A stretch of 64,000 bases of DNA from assembly GCA_000182565.2 (NCBI GenBank), contig KQ257453.1; one strand, written 5' to 3'. Shown here one piece after another: positions 23,462-37,058 of the stretch. The position numbers were made by a program, and so were the translations under genes. A model generated the notes under the pieces. That model saw only the letters and a list, made by a program, of their open reading frames with translations, had not been told where the DNA came from and searched no databases. The stretch is from Spizellomyces punctatus DAOM BR117. Taxonomy: Eukaryota. The first letter of the stretch is position 1. Every line of letters begins with the position of its first letter.

Positions 23462-26394
23462 ATGGACGATGAACGCCTACTGGCTGCCGTTAAGGCATGG
23501 CAAGGTACTGTCGCGACAGGATTCTATGGGGCTGAGGTCACACCCTACTATTCATCCATGTGTTTCCCTGCTTGAGTGATTTCGCGTTCTCATTATTGCA
23601 TTCCCTTGGTGCTACTCTAGATATCAACCTTCCTACATTACAACTTTCTCTGGACGCGCAAGGACTAGAAATAGTTGAAAACCAAAAAGAAGGGCTACAG
23701 AGCCGGAAGAGACTTGCAGAGCAGACTAAAGGTGGAGTGACGTCCGGTAGATCATGTCTCAAGAGGGGAGGATTCACCGTTAGGCCATAGAGTTCAAGAA
23801 GATACCAGATGGGGAAAAGATAAAGGAGCTGAAGGGCCTTTTAAAAGGTATGCAACAACTTCAGCCTTTAGTTTGAGCTGGCGACTTTGAAAACCTTTAC
23901 TTACTTACCTCACCTTTCTTGAAAAGCCTATCAGTCTGAAATCGATGTTATTACACGACGATCAAAGACAGCCGAGACTGCTTTTTTGAATCTATACAAG
24001 CTATTAGCAGAGGCACCCGATCCTGCTTCTCTTTTCGAAACTGTCTCTGTACGTAGGCATCTTCAATTGCGTTTTGCCCTCATTTGCAGGTTTCTTACTG
24101 ATAAACTGTAAATCATATATCTTGCCCCTCGACACAGGCGCAGACTGCCCAACTTACCGAGCTCCACTCCCTTCAACTTGCAAATCAACAACTTCGCGAT
24201 GAACTGTCCCAAACGAAAGAGCAGCTTGCAGGAATGAAGAAGGAAGAGGGAGGAATGGCAACTCTGAAGGCACGCTTGACGAGATACGAAGCAATGGTAA
24301 CATAATCATGATACTATCCGTGTCTTACTGCAGCCATAGTTAACTTCGTTGACAGCTGGATGATATGGTCAATGAAAAAGTCGCGCAGAAAGAGGCTGAA
24401 ATGAAGGTGGCGATGGACGAGAAAATCCGGATCTATAAGGAGACGTTCGTATTGACGATTGCTTTTGTGGAAAAAAAAACGCACTCTAATATGCGATTGC
24501 GTCCTTAGAGAGTATTCCCTACAGCGCCAACTGAGCCAAATGAAAGATCAGATGACATCCTTGCAGACGACGCATGAGGTAACTCAAGCTCGGTTGGTGG
24601 ACCACAGTCAAAAGTATGGTAAGATTTCATTCGTTTGGGACACCATCTTGCAGTCCAGGAGTCCGGACCAACAATACTCTTCCGAATACAGACGAAGAAG
24701 TCGCAGCAAAACTTGGAGAACTGGAAATTGTCATGGTGGACCTTGATCGTGCGAATCTAAAGATTGCACAATTGGAGAGGGACAATGTGTGTGCTTCGAT
24801 CTATTTCAGATTCTTTTGCGAATCGTACTTATTATGTCAAACGTGGTAGGACATTCTAAAGGCAGACTTGTCAAAGTATCGGGGCGACGATGTTAATGGA
24901 GTCGAGTGGCAAGAGTATGTATTTGCGGCGTGGTTAGGGAACTGCCATCTTATCTAACTATCTGGGTTCCATTCTACCAATTCAGTCCAACGGTATTGTC
25001 GAAGAAGATTCAATCCCTCGAGGTAATTCAATGGCATACCGTCTGCAAATGTTGTCTCGCACTAACAGTACTACTATAACTGAAGGCAGATCTATCCAAC
25101 CATATATCCGAGGCTGAAAAGCTGCAAGCAACAATAAGGACGAAGGAGGCAGATTACGTGAAACGGCTCAGTGAAATGGAGAGGGATTTAGCAAGAAAAA
25201 CTCTGGAGGTCGCTGAGTACGAGACAAAGATGGTCATGTACGAAGATTATGACGAAATCAAAAGAGAATTAGATATCGTCAAGGTATGAGTGTTTCGCCC
25301 GTCCCAACCTGAAGATGTTCACCAATATCGGTTATACCCAATTTAGTCAATCGAGTTTGATGGGCTCGAACTTGATGATAACACAGATCCTCTCGGCACT
25401 CCCACGTCTCCTGATCTGCACTCCGCCACGCCAATAGACACCACATCTTCCCACTCGAATTCCCTGGAACGTCTCCTTCTTTCCAAGAACAAAAAGCTAC
25501 AATCCATGTTGACAGCAGCGAAGTTGTCCCTCACTAATACGCAAACCGAGCTGAGTGATGTTTCGAAACGGCTGGAGGATGCTCAGCGCGAGGCAGAAAA
25601 CTCTAAAGCACTGGTTAGGAAACTAGAGGAGGATCTAGCGAAGATAGAGAGGTTTGGTGGATCAGCGAGAAGTAGCGTTGGAGTAATCCATGGCGATGGA
25701 TTATCTGCGCTAGTATCTGGGGCAACGCTGTCTCCGGTGGTGATGCCGCGATCAGCTGAAGTGAGCGAAAGTTCGATTGTCCCCATCCTGACCAGCCAAA
25801 GAGATCGGTATCGGCAGAGAAACGCGGAATTGGAAGAGGTATATTCCCTCGATCGATCCTTCAAAGACCGAAGTATGCTAACCAATTTTTTCCTTCCAGC
25901 AATTGCGTTCACACATGGCCACGATATCAGATTTGCGTAATGAAGTAGAGCGGCTCAAAGCCGATAATGTGAAGTTATATGAACGGATGCGTTATGCGCA
26001 GACATTTTCTTCGCCGGACGATGACAACGGAGGCTCCTCCAATCGGCGATCCCGTACGAGTAATCATACCTCGATAGATATGGCGGCCTATCCATCGGGG
26101 AGCACTGGGGATGTTGCAAACAAGTACCGTGCTGCATATGAGACCTCCTTGGACCCCTTTGCGCAGTTCCATACTCAGGAGAAGGCCCGAAGAGTACGAG
26201 ACTTGAATCCTGCGGACCGGGCTGCTTTTGTTTTTACCAGAATGGTACTGAGTCATCGTGGAATGCGATGGGGATTTGTGATTTACTGTGTTGGATTGCA
26301 TTTGCTAGTATGGTGGGTTGCTTTTGGGGGAGTTATAACGGGAGATGTCAAATACGGTGAAGGTCTTGAAGCGAAAGACCAGGCACCAAATTAG
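23462..26394 (+). CDS. COY1: CASP/Coy1 Golgi coiled-coil membrane protein, multi-exon
   Basis: SRKRLAEQTK, YQSEID, FLNLYKLLAEAPDP, DYDEIKREL, SIVPILTSQRDRYRQRNAELEE, LKADNVKLYERMRY and a C-terminal TM (YCVGLHLLV). Confidence 0.93.
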
Positions 26395-27166
26395 TTTTGC
26401 ATATATCAAAGACGATTCATGTATTTGTGGCTCGAAACGCAAGCGTTGTGGGTCGAACTCGTGACATCATTACCATGCCAACAGCGTAATACACGCCACA
26501 TCCACACCCATCTGAAGCTTCAACAAAGGATAGTGTTTGGTGCAGAGCCGACGAGCGCTTCATCTTCCCACCCAGCTTTACCTTGCACTGACCACACCAA
26601 ACGTGCCGAATACGTTTCCTTATTTACGGTGAGTTGCGAGGTGTTTCGTGAGAAAATGGCGATGCTGTGGGTCCATTCGTTGGATGACCCATCCGCAACT
26701 GTATCGACCTGGATCTCAACGGTGTCTCGCACAGGAATCGCTCTTACGCGCGTTCGAGAGTCTAGCTAGAACAAGGTGGGTAAGCTGTCCGGAGGTCAAA
26801 CCTTGTTGGATACTGGTTGGTGGTTGGGAAGTATGTGATACGGTTGCGGCCAGCTGGTCTGCTGTTTCGCATTTGTGCACATGGTAGTCCCGAGTGGGAA
26901 GAAAGTCCTTGTTGTAGATCGATTCAGCATCCGAATGCTATTTATGGGGCCGGGAGTGGCGAGGGAGATGGAAGGTAGACGAGGAAGTGGACACGTTGTT
27001 ACTTTAATTCATAGATCTACAGACACAACGGTTTCTAAATTTTCTACCGTATCATTTCTTGATTTAGTTGCAGCGTCAAAAGGCGTTGGAACAAATATAG
27101 AGGACATATAAGGCAAAGCAGCCGTCAAGAAGAAAAACGAAGCAAGAAGGTTGGATCGATAGCGTT

Positions 27167-28594
27167 ATGGCAGATTTTCCAGCGTTGGGAAACTCTTCTA
27201 TAAGAGATGGTGCCAATGGCCCGTCACTCTTGTCTTTTTCTACGATAGCTGGCGGACGAGGTCCGGCAGGACCGGACGGCCTAAGAAGCGGAAACGGTAC
27301 GAACCCACAATCAGCGGATTTCACAATCGACGACTTTCCAGCATTGACACCAACTGCGTCCGCAAACCAACCACATCACCCGCAAATATTGAATCGAACA
27401 GGCAGCATCCCGGGTGCAGGGCGCGATATGTCAGCATCAAATGGTATCGCTCCTAATGGAGGTATGGGAATGGCAATGGGACCTGTTACTGGATTTGGAC
27501 CATCATCGGTTATTGGGATGCCTGCGAATGCAGGAGTAACCCCAAGAGTTCCTCCACCACCCGGTACCGCTCCAATAAAACGACCTATTGGTGCTGGATC
27601 CAATTACGCATCCAAAGCGCAACAGCCACAGGGTGGTGAAATCGTTGGCACCAGAGCATCGACACCAGCAGACCCACCAGCATCCGGCTCAACGCCGATT
27701 CCCCCAGCTGGAACCACAGATAAATATGGATTGTACGGTCTCATCGACGTGATACGAATGACAGATCCAGATATGAACATGCTGTCTCTTGGATGCGATT
27801 TGACTGGGTTGGGCCTTAACCTTAACTCAAATGACGCTCTTTATTCTACATTTATGTCACCCTTCTCCGAGCACCCGACGTTAGGATCCGAGCCCCAGTT
27901 TGCATTACCACCGTGCTACAATCTTCTTCAATCTCCACCTCCATCCATGACGAAAATAGGTAGCTTCTCCGATGAGACACTGTTCTATATTTTCTACGCC
28001 ATGCCCCGCGAGTCACTTCAGGAGGCGTCCGCACAAGAGCTGTATAACCGTAACTGGCGATTCCACAAAGAGTTGAAATTATGGCTGAGTAAAGACGCTA
28101 CTCTGGAAACTGTGAAGGGAGCTGGATTTGAGCGGGGAATTTTTGTCTTTTTCGACCCAACAAGTTGGATGCGAGTTAAGAAGGAGTGGATTGTGTATTA
28201 TGATCAGTTGGAGGAGCGCGGACCTCTTGCCGGAGACATTCGAGTGGCAAGGCCTGGAGGAGTAAATCTGGTTACTAGTGGCGGCCCACCACCAGGGGTA
28301 GCGTTGGAATTTGGTAGCCTCGGGCCGGCAGGGTTCAGCGGTGACCGAGCGACTGGCGGAGGAAGTATAGATCCAAATACGGCTAGTGGTGCAACGACTG
28401 CTGCATTACCCGGATGGCCGAACACGTCGATGCAACAACAGCAGTCAGCCGCGAACTTTTTCGGAGGGCTCGCATCTTCATCACAGGGCAGTACACTACA
28501 AGTGGATCAGGGTGGTGGGCCGCTGGGGTCGAACAGCGGCAACGGGGGCGTTCAGGGATCAACTCCTGGGGTGATTGTTGCAGCAGGACGATGA
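27167..28594 (+). CDS. NOT2: CCR4-NOT subunit Not2
   Basis: DFPAL motifs; DKYGLYGLIDVIR..LGCDLTGLGLNLN, FSDETLFYIFYAMP and ELYNRNWRFHKELKLWL NOT-box. Confidence 0.95.
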   Translation: MADFPALGNSSIRDGANGPSLLSFSTIAGGRGPAGPDGLRSGNGTNPQSADFTIDDFPALTPTASANQPHHPQILNRTGSIPGAGRDMSASNGIAPNGGMGMAMGPVTGFGPSSVIGMPANAGVTPRVPPPPGTAPIKRPIGAGSNYASKAQQPQGGEIVGTRASTPADPPASGSTPIPPAGTTDKYGLYGLIDVIRMTDPDMNMLSLGCDLTGLGLNLNSNDALYSTFMSPFSEHPTLGSEPQFALPPCYNLLQSPPPSMTKIGSFSDETLFYIFYAMPRESLQEASAQELYNRNWRFHKELKLWLSKDATLETVKGAGFERGIFVFFDPTSWMRVKKEWIVYYDQLEERGPLAGDIRVARPGGVNLVTSGGPPPGVALEFGSLGPAGFSGDRATGGGSIDPNTASGATTAALPGWPNTSMQQQQSAANFFGGLASSSQGSTLQVDQGGGPLGSNSGNGGVQGSTPGVIVAAGR

Positions 28595-28810
28595 GAGGAC
28601 GACGTTCTGGCAGTGATCTGATTCTGTGCGCCTGGATGGCGCCGCTCTGGTTTTGTATGCAAACTGTGCGTCCAAATGAATTAATGTTGATGCTACATTC
28701 TGCTTTCAAAATCTTGCAAAGTTGAGCATTTTATATATTGGTATGGTCAATGTTACACTACAGTCGGTTGCAGGCGAACAGAACAACCGCACGCTGTCCT
28801 TGCACTTTTA

Positions 28811-29311
28811 CTACGCCCCATCTCGGTTCTTTCTCGCTTCGGTAACTCTCTCTGGTTCCACAATGCCCAGTTTGTTTTCTGGAGTTGCTGTCGATTGTGG
28901 CTGATTACCTTGTTCAGCGGCCCTAACATAATCCGACACTGCACTCCCCATCAGATCGTGGCCTCTCATGTCCCTTTCATGCGTTTCTTGCTGTCGTTGA
29001 GCGTGGATTTCATCTGGAGTCTGATTTCTCTGAGGTTGATTCGACTAGTCATCCACAAAATCGTTAGAATTCATGCCGTATTCTGTTTATCCATCCTATG
29101 CTGGAGGAAACCAACTTACTCTCTCCCAGTTGGGGAAATCATGGTAATGCTCAGGAGGAACTTCCCGTTCTCGCTTTGGGGTGACACCAGGATACGCTAC
29201 GTCTTCAGGTGCAGGCGGATTCTTGAACGTGTCTGTTTCCGGAATTTGTGTAAAAGTCTGGAGGAGTTTGCCGAGAGGATTTGATGCTGGTTCGCCACGG
29301 TTCTTGGACAT
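28811..29311 (-). CDS. Small hydrophilic hypothetical protein (2 exons)
   Basis: MSKNRGEP...FPNWER, then a GTAAGT..TAG intron in phase 0, then SNQPQRNQ...RKNRDGA*. Confidence 0.65.
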
Positions 29312-29842
29312 TGTGGTTACGATTTTTTTGCAAAAGAGTGAGAGTACTGTTGGATATCCTTCAAAATCTGTAACTTTTCTGATTTATAGGATGTGGAAGA
29401 GCAAGTTTGGGCTTGTGTGTTTTTGCGAGCTTTCACTTGGAGTATTTTGTATTTAAACAAAGGAAAATGAACATTACATCATTCATGCGTTGATGGCTTG
29501 AAAAAGACTTTTTGTCAGGTCTTTATTCGTTGCGTCGATGAGGTAGGAAACGAGTGGCGTGCTATCCTTCCACGTTTTGTAATAAGAAGGGTTGGAAGGT
29601 GGAATATGACATACTAGTACGTAGTCTCGTAGTTTTTAGCGACGTTTGCGGTGCGTGTCGCCCGGGGATCTTCGTTCGTGCAATAAATAGAATTGAAATA
29701 ACAATATCTTTTGTCGCAAATACAAAGTTGGAACACTTATATCCTGTATTGGTTCATGTTGTCATCAAATTGTGTGATGAAATACCTTGGGAGGTGATAG
29801 AAGATATTGAATATTATGACCATTTCTGGCCATCGGTTTATA

Positions 29843-29916
29843 GCTCTCTTAGCTCAGTTGGTTAGAGCGTGGTGCTAATAACGCCAAGGTCACAGGTTCG
29901 ACCCCTGTAGGGAGCA
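29843..29916 (+). tRNA. tRNA-Ile (AAT)
   Basis: Cloverleaf with gctctct/agggagc acceptor stem, D-loop agttggtta, anticodon arm tggtg-ctAATaa-cgcca and GTTCGA T-loop. Confidence 0.97.
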
Positions 29917-30316
29917 CTACGCAGGATAGAATGATCTTTTGGTTTTGATCAGTTTTCCAATTAAGCATTTTGCTTTTTTCAACGACTTCCGATACCCTGA
30001 AGACTTGACAATAGTCGACATTAAGAGATGACTCTGGATATTCTCCTGTCACCTTTGGCCTTGTTTTGTTTTTCGGTGTTTTCCCCACCACCACCCTCAA
30101 CTATCCTCGATTTTCACGTTTACTCTTGTTTACGTAAACGTGCCCAGTGGATGTTAACAGCAACCTGCAAGAACAGTTTTCCCTAGATTGTTGACGAGGA
30201 CATGGCAGACGTTCGTTGGAAACCCTTCTTATTAGGATAAACATTAGGGGGCACACCTATACATAGAGTATTTTATTTGAGCATATTCCAGTCCGTGCCA
30301 GCATCGTCGTCGACCC

Positions 30317-33300
30317 ATGGCTGCTCCACCACCAGTTCAACCACCCGCTCCTTTGCGTTTTGCCGACTTTTTCTTTCAATGTGGGTTGAACCCCGATGCC
30401 AAGCTAGCTGACAGACGAGTTTTGGATGATGGCTCTGTGGCGGGTGAGGTCGCGCAGAGAAATGCAGAGGAGGAGCGACGGAGAGCACCCTCGGATGGTG
30501 TCACGCCGAGCACGCCTATGCCATTACCCCAAGGTGTGTTCAAACCATCGCCTTGACTAGCATGGACTGTTGGGGGTAAAGGTTGTGTACAAATTTCAAG
30601 AACTGATCTGGCCTCTTCTTCGGTGTTTCAGCGAAATTGAAGAAGAAGCATCACCCACTTGAATGGAGATATGCCCCTGAAATCCTGTGTCGGTACCCAA
30701 AGACGGACTATTCCGAAAAGGAGCGATTTCCTGCGTACCTTCCGATGGTATAATTTGCTGGCGGTCTTCTCGAAAAGCGTGTACGTTTACATGCTTATCA
30801 TCTGCATTAATTAGTTTTGCTTTCCGAACAACATCCAACTTCACTTGGAAGACAATGGGCCGCCGCCGGAAAAGTATCATTCATTTGTACGTATCCATTA
30901 CCAGGGAAACCTCCTCGTTACATTGGCGTACGTATCTCTTGGGCCGTGCTCATTTTTACGTACAACAGATCATAACTGAGGAGACTGGAGCAAAGTGTTA
31001 CGGTGTTTGTGTCACTGTTTACGAAAGGCTGCAATCCCAACATGCAGCTGAATTAGAACAGATAACACAGGAACTTCGTTCTGGCAGTTTGGTAAGTATT
31101 GAAGTGGTTGTTTAAAGCGATGCAGTTACATTTGCGTTTATATCAGGATCATATGGACTCCCTGTTGACTAAATTCTGTACTTCAATTTGTCTGGAAAGG
31201 GATCTAGCGACCTGGAGTACATTCAGCATATTCAATCGCAGCTTGCGGAAAATCAGGAGGCCCTTCTTCACGCGCGTCTTGGCATCACAGGCATCACAGA
31301 GCAACGCACATCTATCACTTCGGGATCCGCTTCCAAGCCGGCCGCAACGCCCTCTACTCCTGACAGCGACAGTGTTACCACCGAACACACCATTCAAGAT
31401 GCCGAAGAGAAGGTGAAGTTATACCGGGATTTGCTAGCGCCACTCAACACTCTCCTGGCGGATGCAGAGAACGTATATATACCGCGGACAATTGGCGTTC
31501 TAAGTCATTGGCCCTGGCATGATTTCTTGAAGGATTGGCTTTGCGAGGTGCTGAGAGTTGTTCGAGGAGAGTATGACGAATGTCCGCACAGCAAGGCAGT
31601 GGCGCCATTGGAGAGGTTGGTTTCGTTGCCAAATATCTGGTGGTGGAAACAGCTAAATCGTGTATGTTGAAAGATTTGTAGTGAACCTGATACATGAGAT
31701 ACCCTTACCCCCTCCTGGAAAGTTGGAACTCTCGATCCATGTCGGGCAGCTCCATCTGTTTTGCTCGCGACCCCCCGTGAACACAATATCTGTCCTCAAG
31801 AATGTAATTATACGATGCTATCTTGATTTAGCTTGTGCTTGACAGAACGAAACTTACGCATCATGGCCTCCGACAGTTTTCCCTGTATCCCATGTTTCGC
31901 GCCCTCTCCGTCGCCAACATCATTACTATCTTTGAACTCGCCCTCGCTGAGCGAAAAATCATCTTTCTCTCATCCCACTTGTCCATGCTAACGCTCGCCG
32001 CGGAAACTCTATGCCTATTCTTTTTCCCGCTGTTTTGGCAGCACATTTTGATTCCGATTCTTCCAGCGCGCTTGTTGAGTTACCTTCAGGCGCCGATGCC
32101 GTATATTGTTGGCGTTCAAAGGGAGTACTTTACACCCGATGTACAGGATGAATGGAAACCACCAGATGTAGGTATTGGACATTTTGGATGCAGGATAATA
32201 TGGAATATTCATGAGGGACTCATACCTACTTCCAGGCCCATGTGATTGACCTGGACAACGACATTGTGACTGTGGCAGATCCACCACCCAGTCTTCCCGC
32301 ACGCGAGCGCAAGAAATTAACAATGCGACTGGAAAAAGCTACCGGCACCTTTCAACCTATTTCGCCACATCATAAGCCACCACTTGCCGAAAGATCCCCA
32401 CGGGCCGATCGTGGCGTCCCTCTTACCGTCCAGTACGCTCTCCCCCTTGGGAAACACGTTCCCACTTCTTGTGAATCCGCTCGCCGACGTCAAGAGGTGC
32501 CGGATGGTTCGTCTCGGACCCGCGCAGCTTCCGAAACTTTGACATCTACCCGGAATCGAGGAACGTCCTTTCAATTTCCACACTCCCCATCCAACAACGG
32601 AATCACTGGTGCATGGCTGGAGAAGCTGAATCGACACTTTAGTGCCACGTCGGGCTTGACTGCTGGGCAGTTTGCAACATCTAATTTTTCCCTCTCGAGT
32701 GGCTCGTCGACTGATGAGCGGCTTACCGGCGGCGGCGGATCATGGTGGCATCTGGGCCGAGAGGAGAGTTCCGCTGGGCTTGGGGACGAGAAAAGAAGAT
32801 CAGTGGATGTTGACAGTTTGTATTTGAGGGCAAGTTCAACAAGATCGTCAACAGATGAGGTAGGTTCCAACGCTGCGGTGCTATATTTTTGCATCATACT
32901 AACTGTGAAATGTACCAGCATGACGGGAGTTCAGCAGGAAGTCCTGAGAGGCCTTCGCCAACGTCATCTGATGCGGGGGCGCTGCCGCGATTGCGAGCAC
33001 CATTCTTTGCAAGATCGGGCTCCAGGCCTGATGACAAGGTATGTATAAGAATGTGACATTACGCCGTTTGCACAACGTTACTCATGTCATATTTCAATTC
33101 TATTTTACGTTGACCACCTCCTCTTGGCAGCCACTGAAACAGGTCCCTTCAAGTAGTAGCATTTCTTCCATGTTCAGCAGCTTCGCGCATGCCACTCCTG
33201 CTCGCAAGACCCCACGTCCCTCGACAGGAGGTCACCCACACCGGCTCTCGTTGTCTGCATCTTCAACCACATCAACCGCCACTACCAGCTCTGCCTATTT

Positions 33301-35643
33301 TGCGCAATACATGCCACCGGCCATGGAAGATGTTGCACCGACAAAGCAGGGGATAAATTTGCGACGAAAGGAAGGCCACCTATTTTACGCAGTCACCGTT
33401 ATATCGCCGTGGTCGGGAAGAGATGTTGATGATATTGTTGGTAGTAACGATGTCCTCCACAGTCAATCCAGCACATCTATTCGTGATGAGAACGATGATG
33501 AGGATGACGACCGACCTCTTTCGACATACACTGCTTCCGCGCCAAACCCTCCATCTTCAAAAGTTGCAGGACTAGGACGCAAGGGATCCGAACTAAAGCG
33601 TCCTTCGCGTCGGTTTTCTTTGAAGCGAGGTGCGAGTCGATCAAAGAGTGTGGATATGATGAACGGTGAGCAGCCATCACTAGAACACCAGGCAGGTACT
33701 GGAAGTCGGCGACGATCATCGGGATCCACCGGGATCGATCCATCTCTCCCCGTTGTCACATTGGAGCTGGGTGCAGTGTGTAGATGCTGCCGCGAAGACT
33801 TGGTGGATCAGGAGGATGCAACCGTTCTTCAATGTGATGGTAGGGCACATAGAATTGATCCTTCATCTGCTACAGACATTAAGCTCGTCTTCATACCCTA
33901 GTTTGCAATACACGAATACATACAGGATGTCTCCCACTCACTGAATCACACCCCTGCTCTGCCACCTTCGATGAACGCAAGATTCAACTTGCATTTCTCA
34001 AAGTCTTCACGTCCCTTCTACGAAATTATCGACAGCATCTAGCCTCCGCGGAAGAGCTACGAGGAAATGTGACACCATTGAGCGGTGCTAGTCGTAGTGC
34101 TAGCCAAGAAAGCTTCAAGGCGTTAGATATGGAGATGCTGCAGGAGCAATGGTTTCGGAAGGACGAGTTTCTGGCGACATGTGACAAGGAAGCAAAGGTA
34201 CCTCTTTGGAACCCGATCATATCTGCCAAAAATTTCAATCGATTGACACTTTGTTAGCCTTTCATGACTCAGTTTGTGGAAACTCAAGCTTTTGCCCAGT
34301 TCACCCTGGACCGGGTGGAACGTCCCGAAAGCGATTATGAAGTGCTATTCTTCGATGAGTGCATTAAAGAAAAGCGTAATCGATCAAAATTGCGAATCGG
34401 AAAGGAGAGCACTCCTTTCTTGACGGAGACCGCCTACGATATTCGCACCACGATTACTTGTTTTGGAGTTTCAATAGACGGGCTGGAATCTCGTGAGTTG
34501 GCGACAGCATGAATGAACATTTCAAAATGACACATTAATGGTAACGCCTGTATCATTCTAGGGAAATCCTTCTCCTCAAATACTATACCAATACATCTTG
34601 ACGAAAAGCTCCTGGGCACCCCACGCCATGTTCAGCCGCTAATTACTCAGTCCGATCACAAAATGATGCGATCGATGACCAACGAACTGGTGCAAAGAGC
34701 TAGAATAGCTACCACGATGGTAATTGCATGACGGTGCCATGTTGCTCATTAATGAGCTCAATAATTACTTAAATGATTCTTTTGATGTATAGCGCCGAAA
34801 GCAGGACTTTAGCAAATGGATGCGGACAAAGTGGAAGCACTTCCAAAAAATGGGAGGTGGTGAGGTGGTGTCACTAGGGTTCCTCCCTGACGAGCAGAGA
34901 CGGTAAGTGTCTTTTATCAAATTTCTTTATGAAACGTTGGGACTTTTTGGTACAGCCGTCTGACCTTCCAAATTACTAGTGAACTTTTTGAAGAGCGCAT
35001 GCATCAAGTGACATCTGTCATTGATCGCTTCGAGCAACGTCATCTGTCTAGCCAGACGCCTTCTCAAGTTCACCAAGCGCTTGAGGAGCTTCATGCTCAA
35101 AACTTGGTCCTCATGCGTGCCGCCGATGAAGAGCAGCTAGTGGACGCAGAAGACCAAGAGGACCTCCAGGGTGTTTATGGGCGCCTGTTCAGGGTGATCA
35201 CCATTTACGAAGACTTTTTGGCAACGTTAGGGAGCGCCGCAGCCAATGGCACGACGGAAGTTCCGGGGACAGAGGTACAGGACGGAAAGTACAAACTTCG
35301 AGTTTCTATTGGTCCCGAATTTGGAAGTGTATCCGACTGGTTGGCCACCACGGTAATCGGATATGAGGGCGAAGGTGAAGGGAACACGGTAGATAGAGAC
35401 CATGAAAATGACCAAGTTGCTGGATACCGACAAGAGGCGGGGGTGGATGCGAAGCAGTCAAACGATACTATCAATCGTGAAGCGTTTCAGCCAGCCAATG
35501 TGGATAAACCTCACGCACTGGTGGATGGGCCTGCTGCAGAAACCAAATCCCTCAATACCGAAACGGGGACGGAAGCATCTCTTGCGGAAAGCAATTATCC
35601 AGGGCGGCTTGCGCCTAGCCGAAAATCTGATGCCTCAATGTGA
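30317..35643 (+). CDS. DENN-domain (uDENN/cDENN/dDENN) Rab-GEF-like protein with C1-like Cys/His module, multi-exon
   Basis: RFADFFFQCG, FCFP, YGVCVTVYE, ERFVVNLIHEIPLPPPG, ALAERKIIFLS, YLQAPMPYIVG, IDLD and FVETQAFAQF. Confidence 0.92.
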
Positions 35644-35812
35644 TGACTACTGTATTGGTGTTTAGTGTTTTATATTTGGGATTGTAAAATATATATGTGA
35701 TTGCAAAATCCGCTGTTACCAGTATACATTATATACACTTGCAACCTGCCCTTCCATGAGTTTCACGATCAATTCTTTTAACGCAGCAAGGCAGGGCTAC
35801 AAAAAGCGGCGG

Positions 35813-36173
35813 TTATTTCTCCTTTTGCCTTCTCGTGTTTACTTTCTCCATACTGGGAACATCCTCTTCGTCGCCTAACACGGCTACCTCGCTGGATTTC
35901 TTCAACACTGGGGTTGGATTTTTTTGGCCTGGACGTTCAATAAGAAGCGCCGGATTGTCGGGTGAGCCATTTCTAGTGATATGCTTCCCTATTGCGAGCC
36001 AGAATGACTTTAGTGCTAGTACAGCAGAACATACATATGAACGATATACCTTTAATATCTTTTTCCAGCTTTCCCTCTGAAACTTCTGCAACTTGCCCCT
36101 CAGCGTGCCCACGACCCCAGTTCCAGGCGACATGCGAGCCTTTGCAGACTTTGTTGCCACTCGCATCTGTCAT
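35813..36173 (-). CDS. Hva1 TUDOR / DUF2945-like small protein (2 exons)
   Basis: KGSHVAWNWGRGHAEGQVAEV..IKG|KHITRNGSPDNPALLI..VLKKSSEV matches the remembered family pattern. Confidence 0.8.
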
Positions 36174-37058
36174 GATCACTTGATATGGACGTTTCTTTTG
36201 ATATAAACTTTCTTCTTTTGATTAACCGGAATTCAAAGTTTCAACCTTGTGTTGAAGCAAGCAATCGAACAGGCGATTGTCCACAAACGAAATATTTCTC
36301 TCTACGCTGGAAATCCGCGACAGGCAACAGAAACCTGAATCGCTATTTGTTGAGGCAAGATATACAGATGCGAATTCATCCGCATGTTATTTTCCACCGT
36401 TGATTGCATCATCCTGGGGCTGACGCGCAGCTAAACCACCCCTTATGGCCAGCAGGTCTGTCAGTTGCGCGATAACTGCAGTACCTCAAGACCATCCTGC
36501 ACTAAACACCAATGTTTTCGGCCAGACTGCACTGCTACGAGAACTCTGAAACCGCCCACAAGCTGCATTTGAACGTACTCAACTCTGTATCAGACGAGGT
36601 GCCTCGGAGAGCGCGCCTCGTGGCCTTTTTGCCCACGACAGGCTAGTGCTTTTGCAACGGTTTTTGACAGTGGGGTGCGAAGCCGAGAATGGTTATAAGG
36701 TATTTACAAGGTACATACACATTTTCTGATGCTAACGTTAGTACCAGAAAGTAATGTTAAAATCTTCTATTTTACTAGTAAGCGGCAACCCGCAACGGAC
36801 TTGGTCGCCCGCGCTTAAGGGCGGCACGGAGCAGCGGAACCAGTAGTACAAGTACTAGTAACAAGTAACATTGTAATGTACCTACCCTGCGCAGCTAGTT
36901 GTTTATGTGATGAGAATTTCTCGCATTCAAAATTGGCGAGTTCCGAGTACACCAAGGGAGACAAACCATGGAAAAGTAGGTGATAAGAGTTGACGGCACT
37001 TTCAACGCGTTCACGAACCATTTGGGAGAGACACTATCACCATCGCAGGCAGCTCGAC

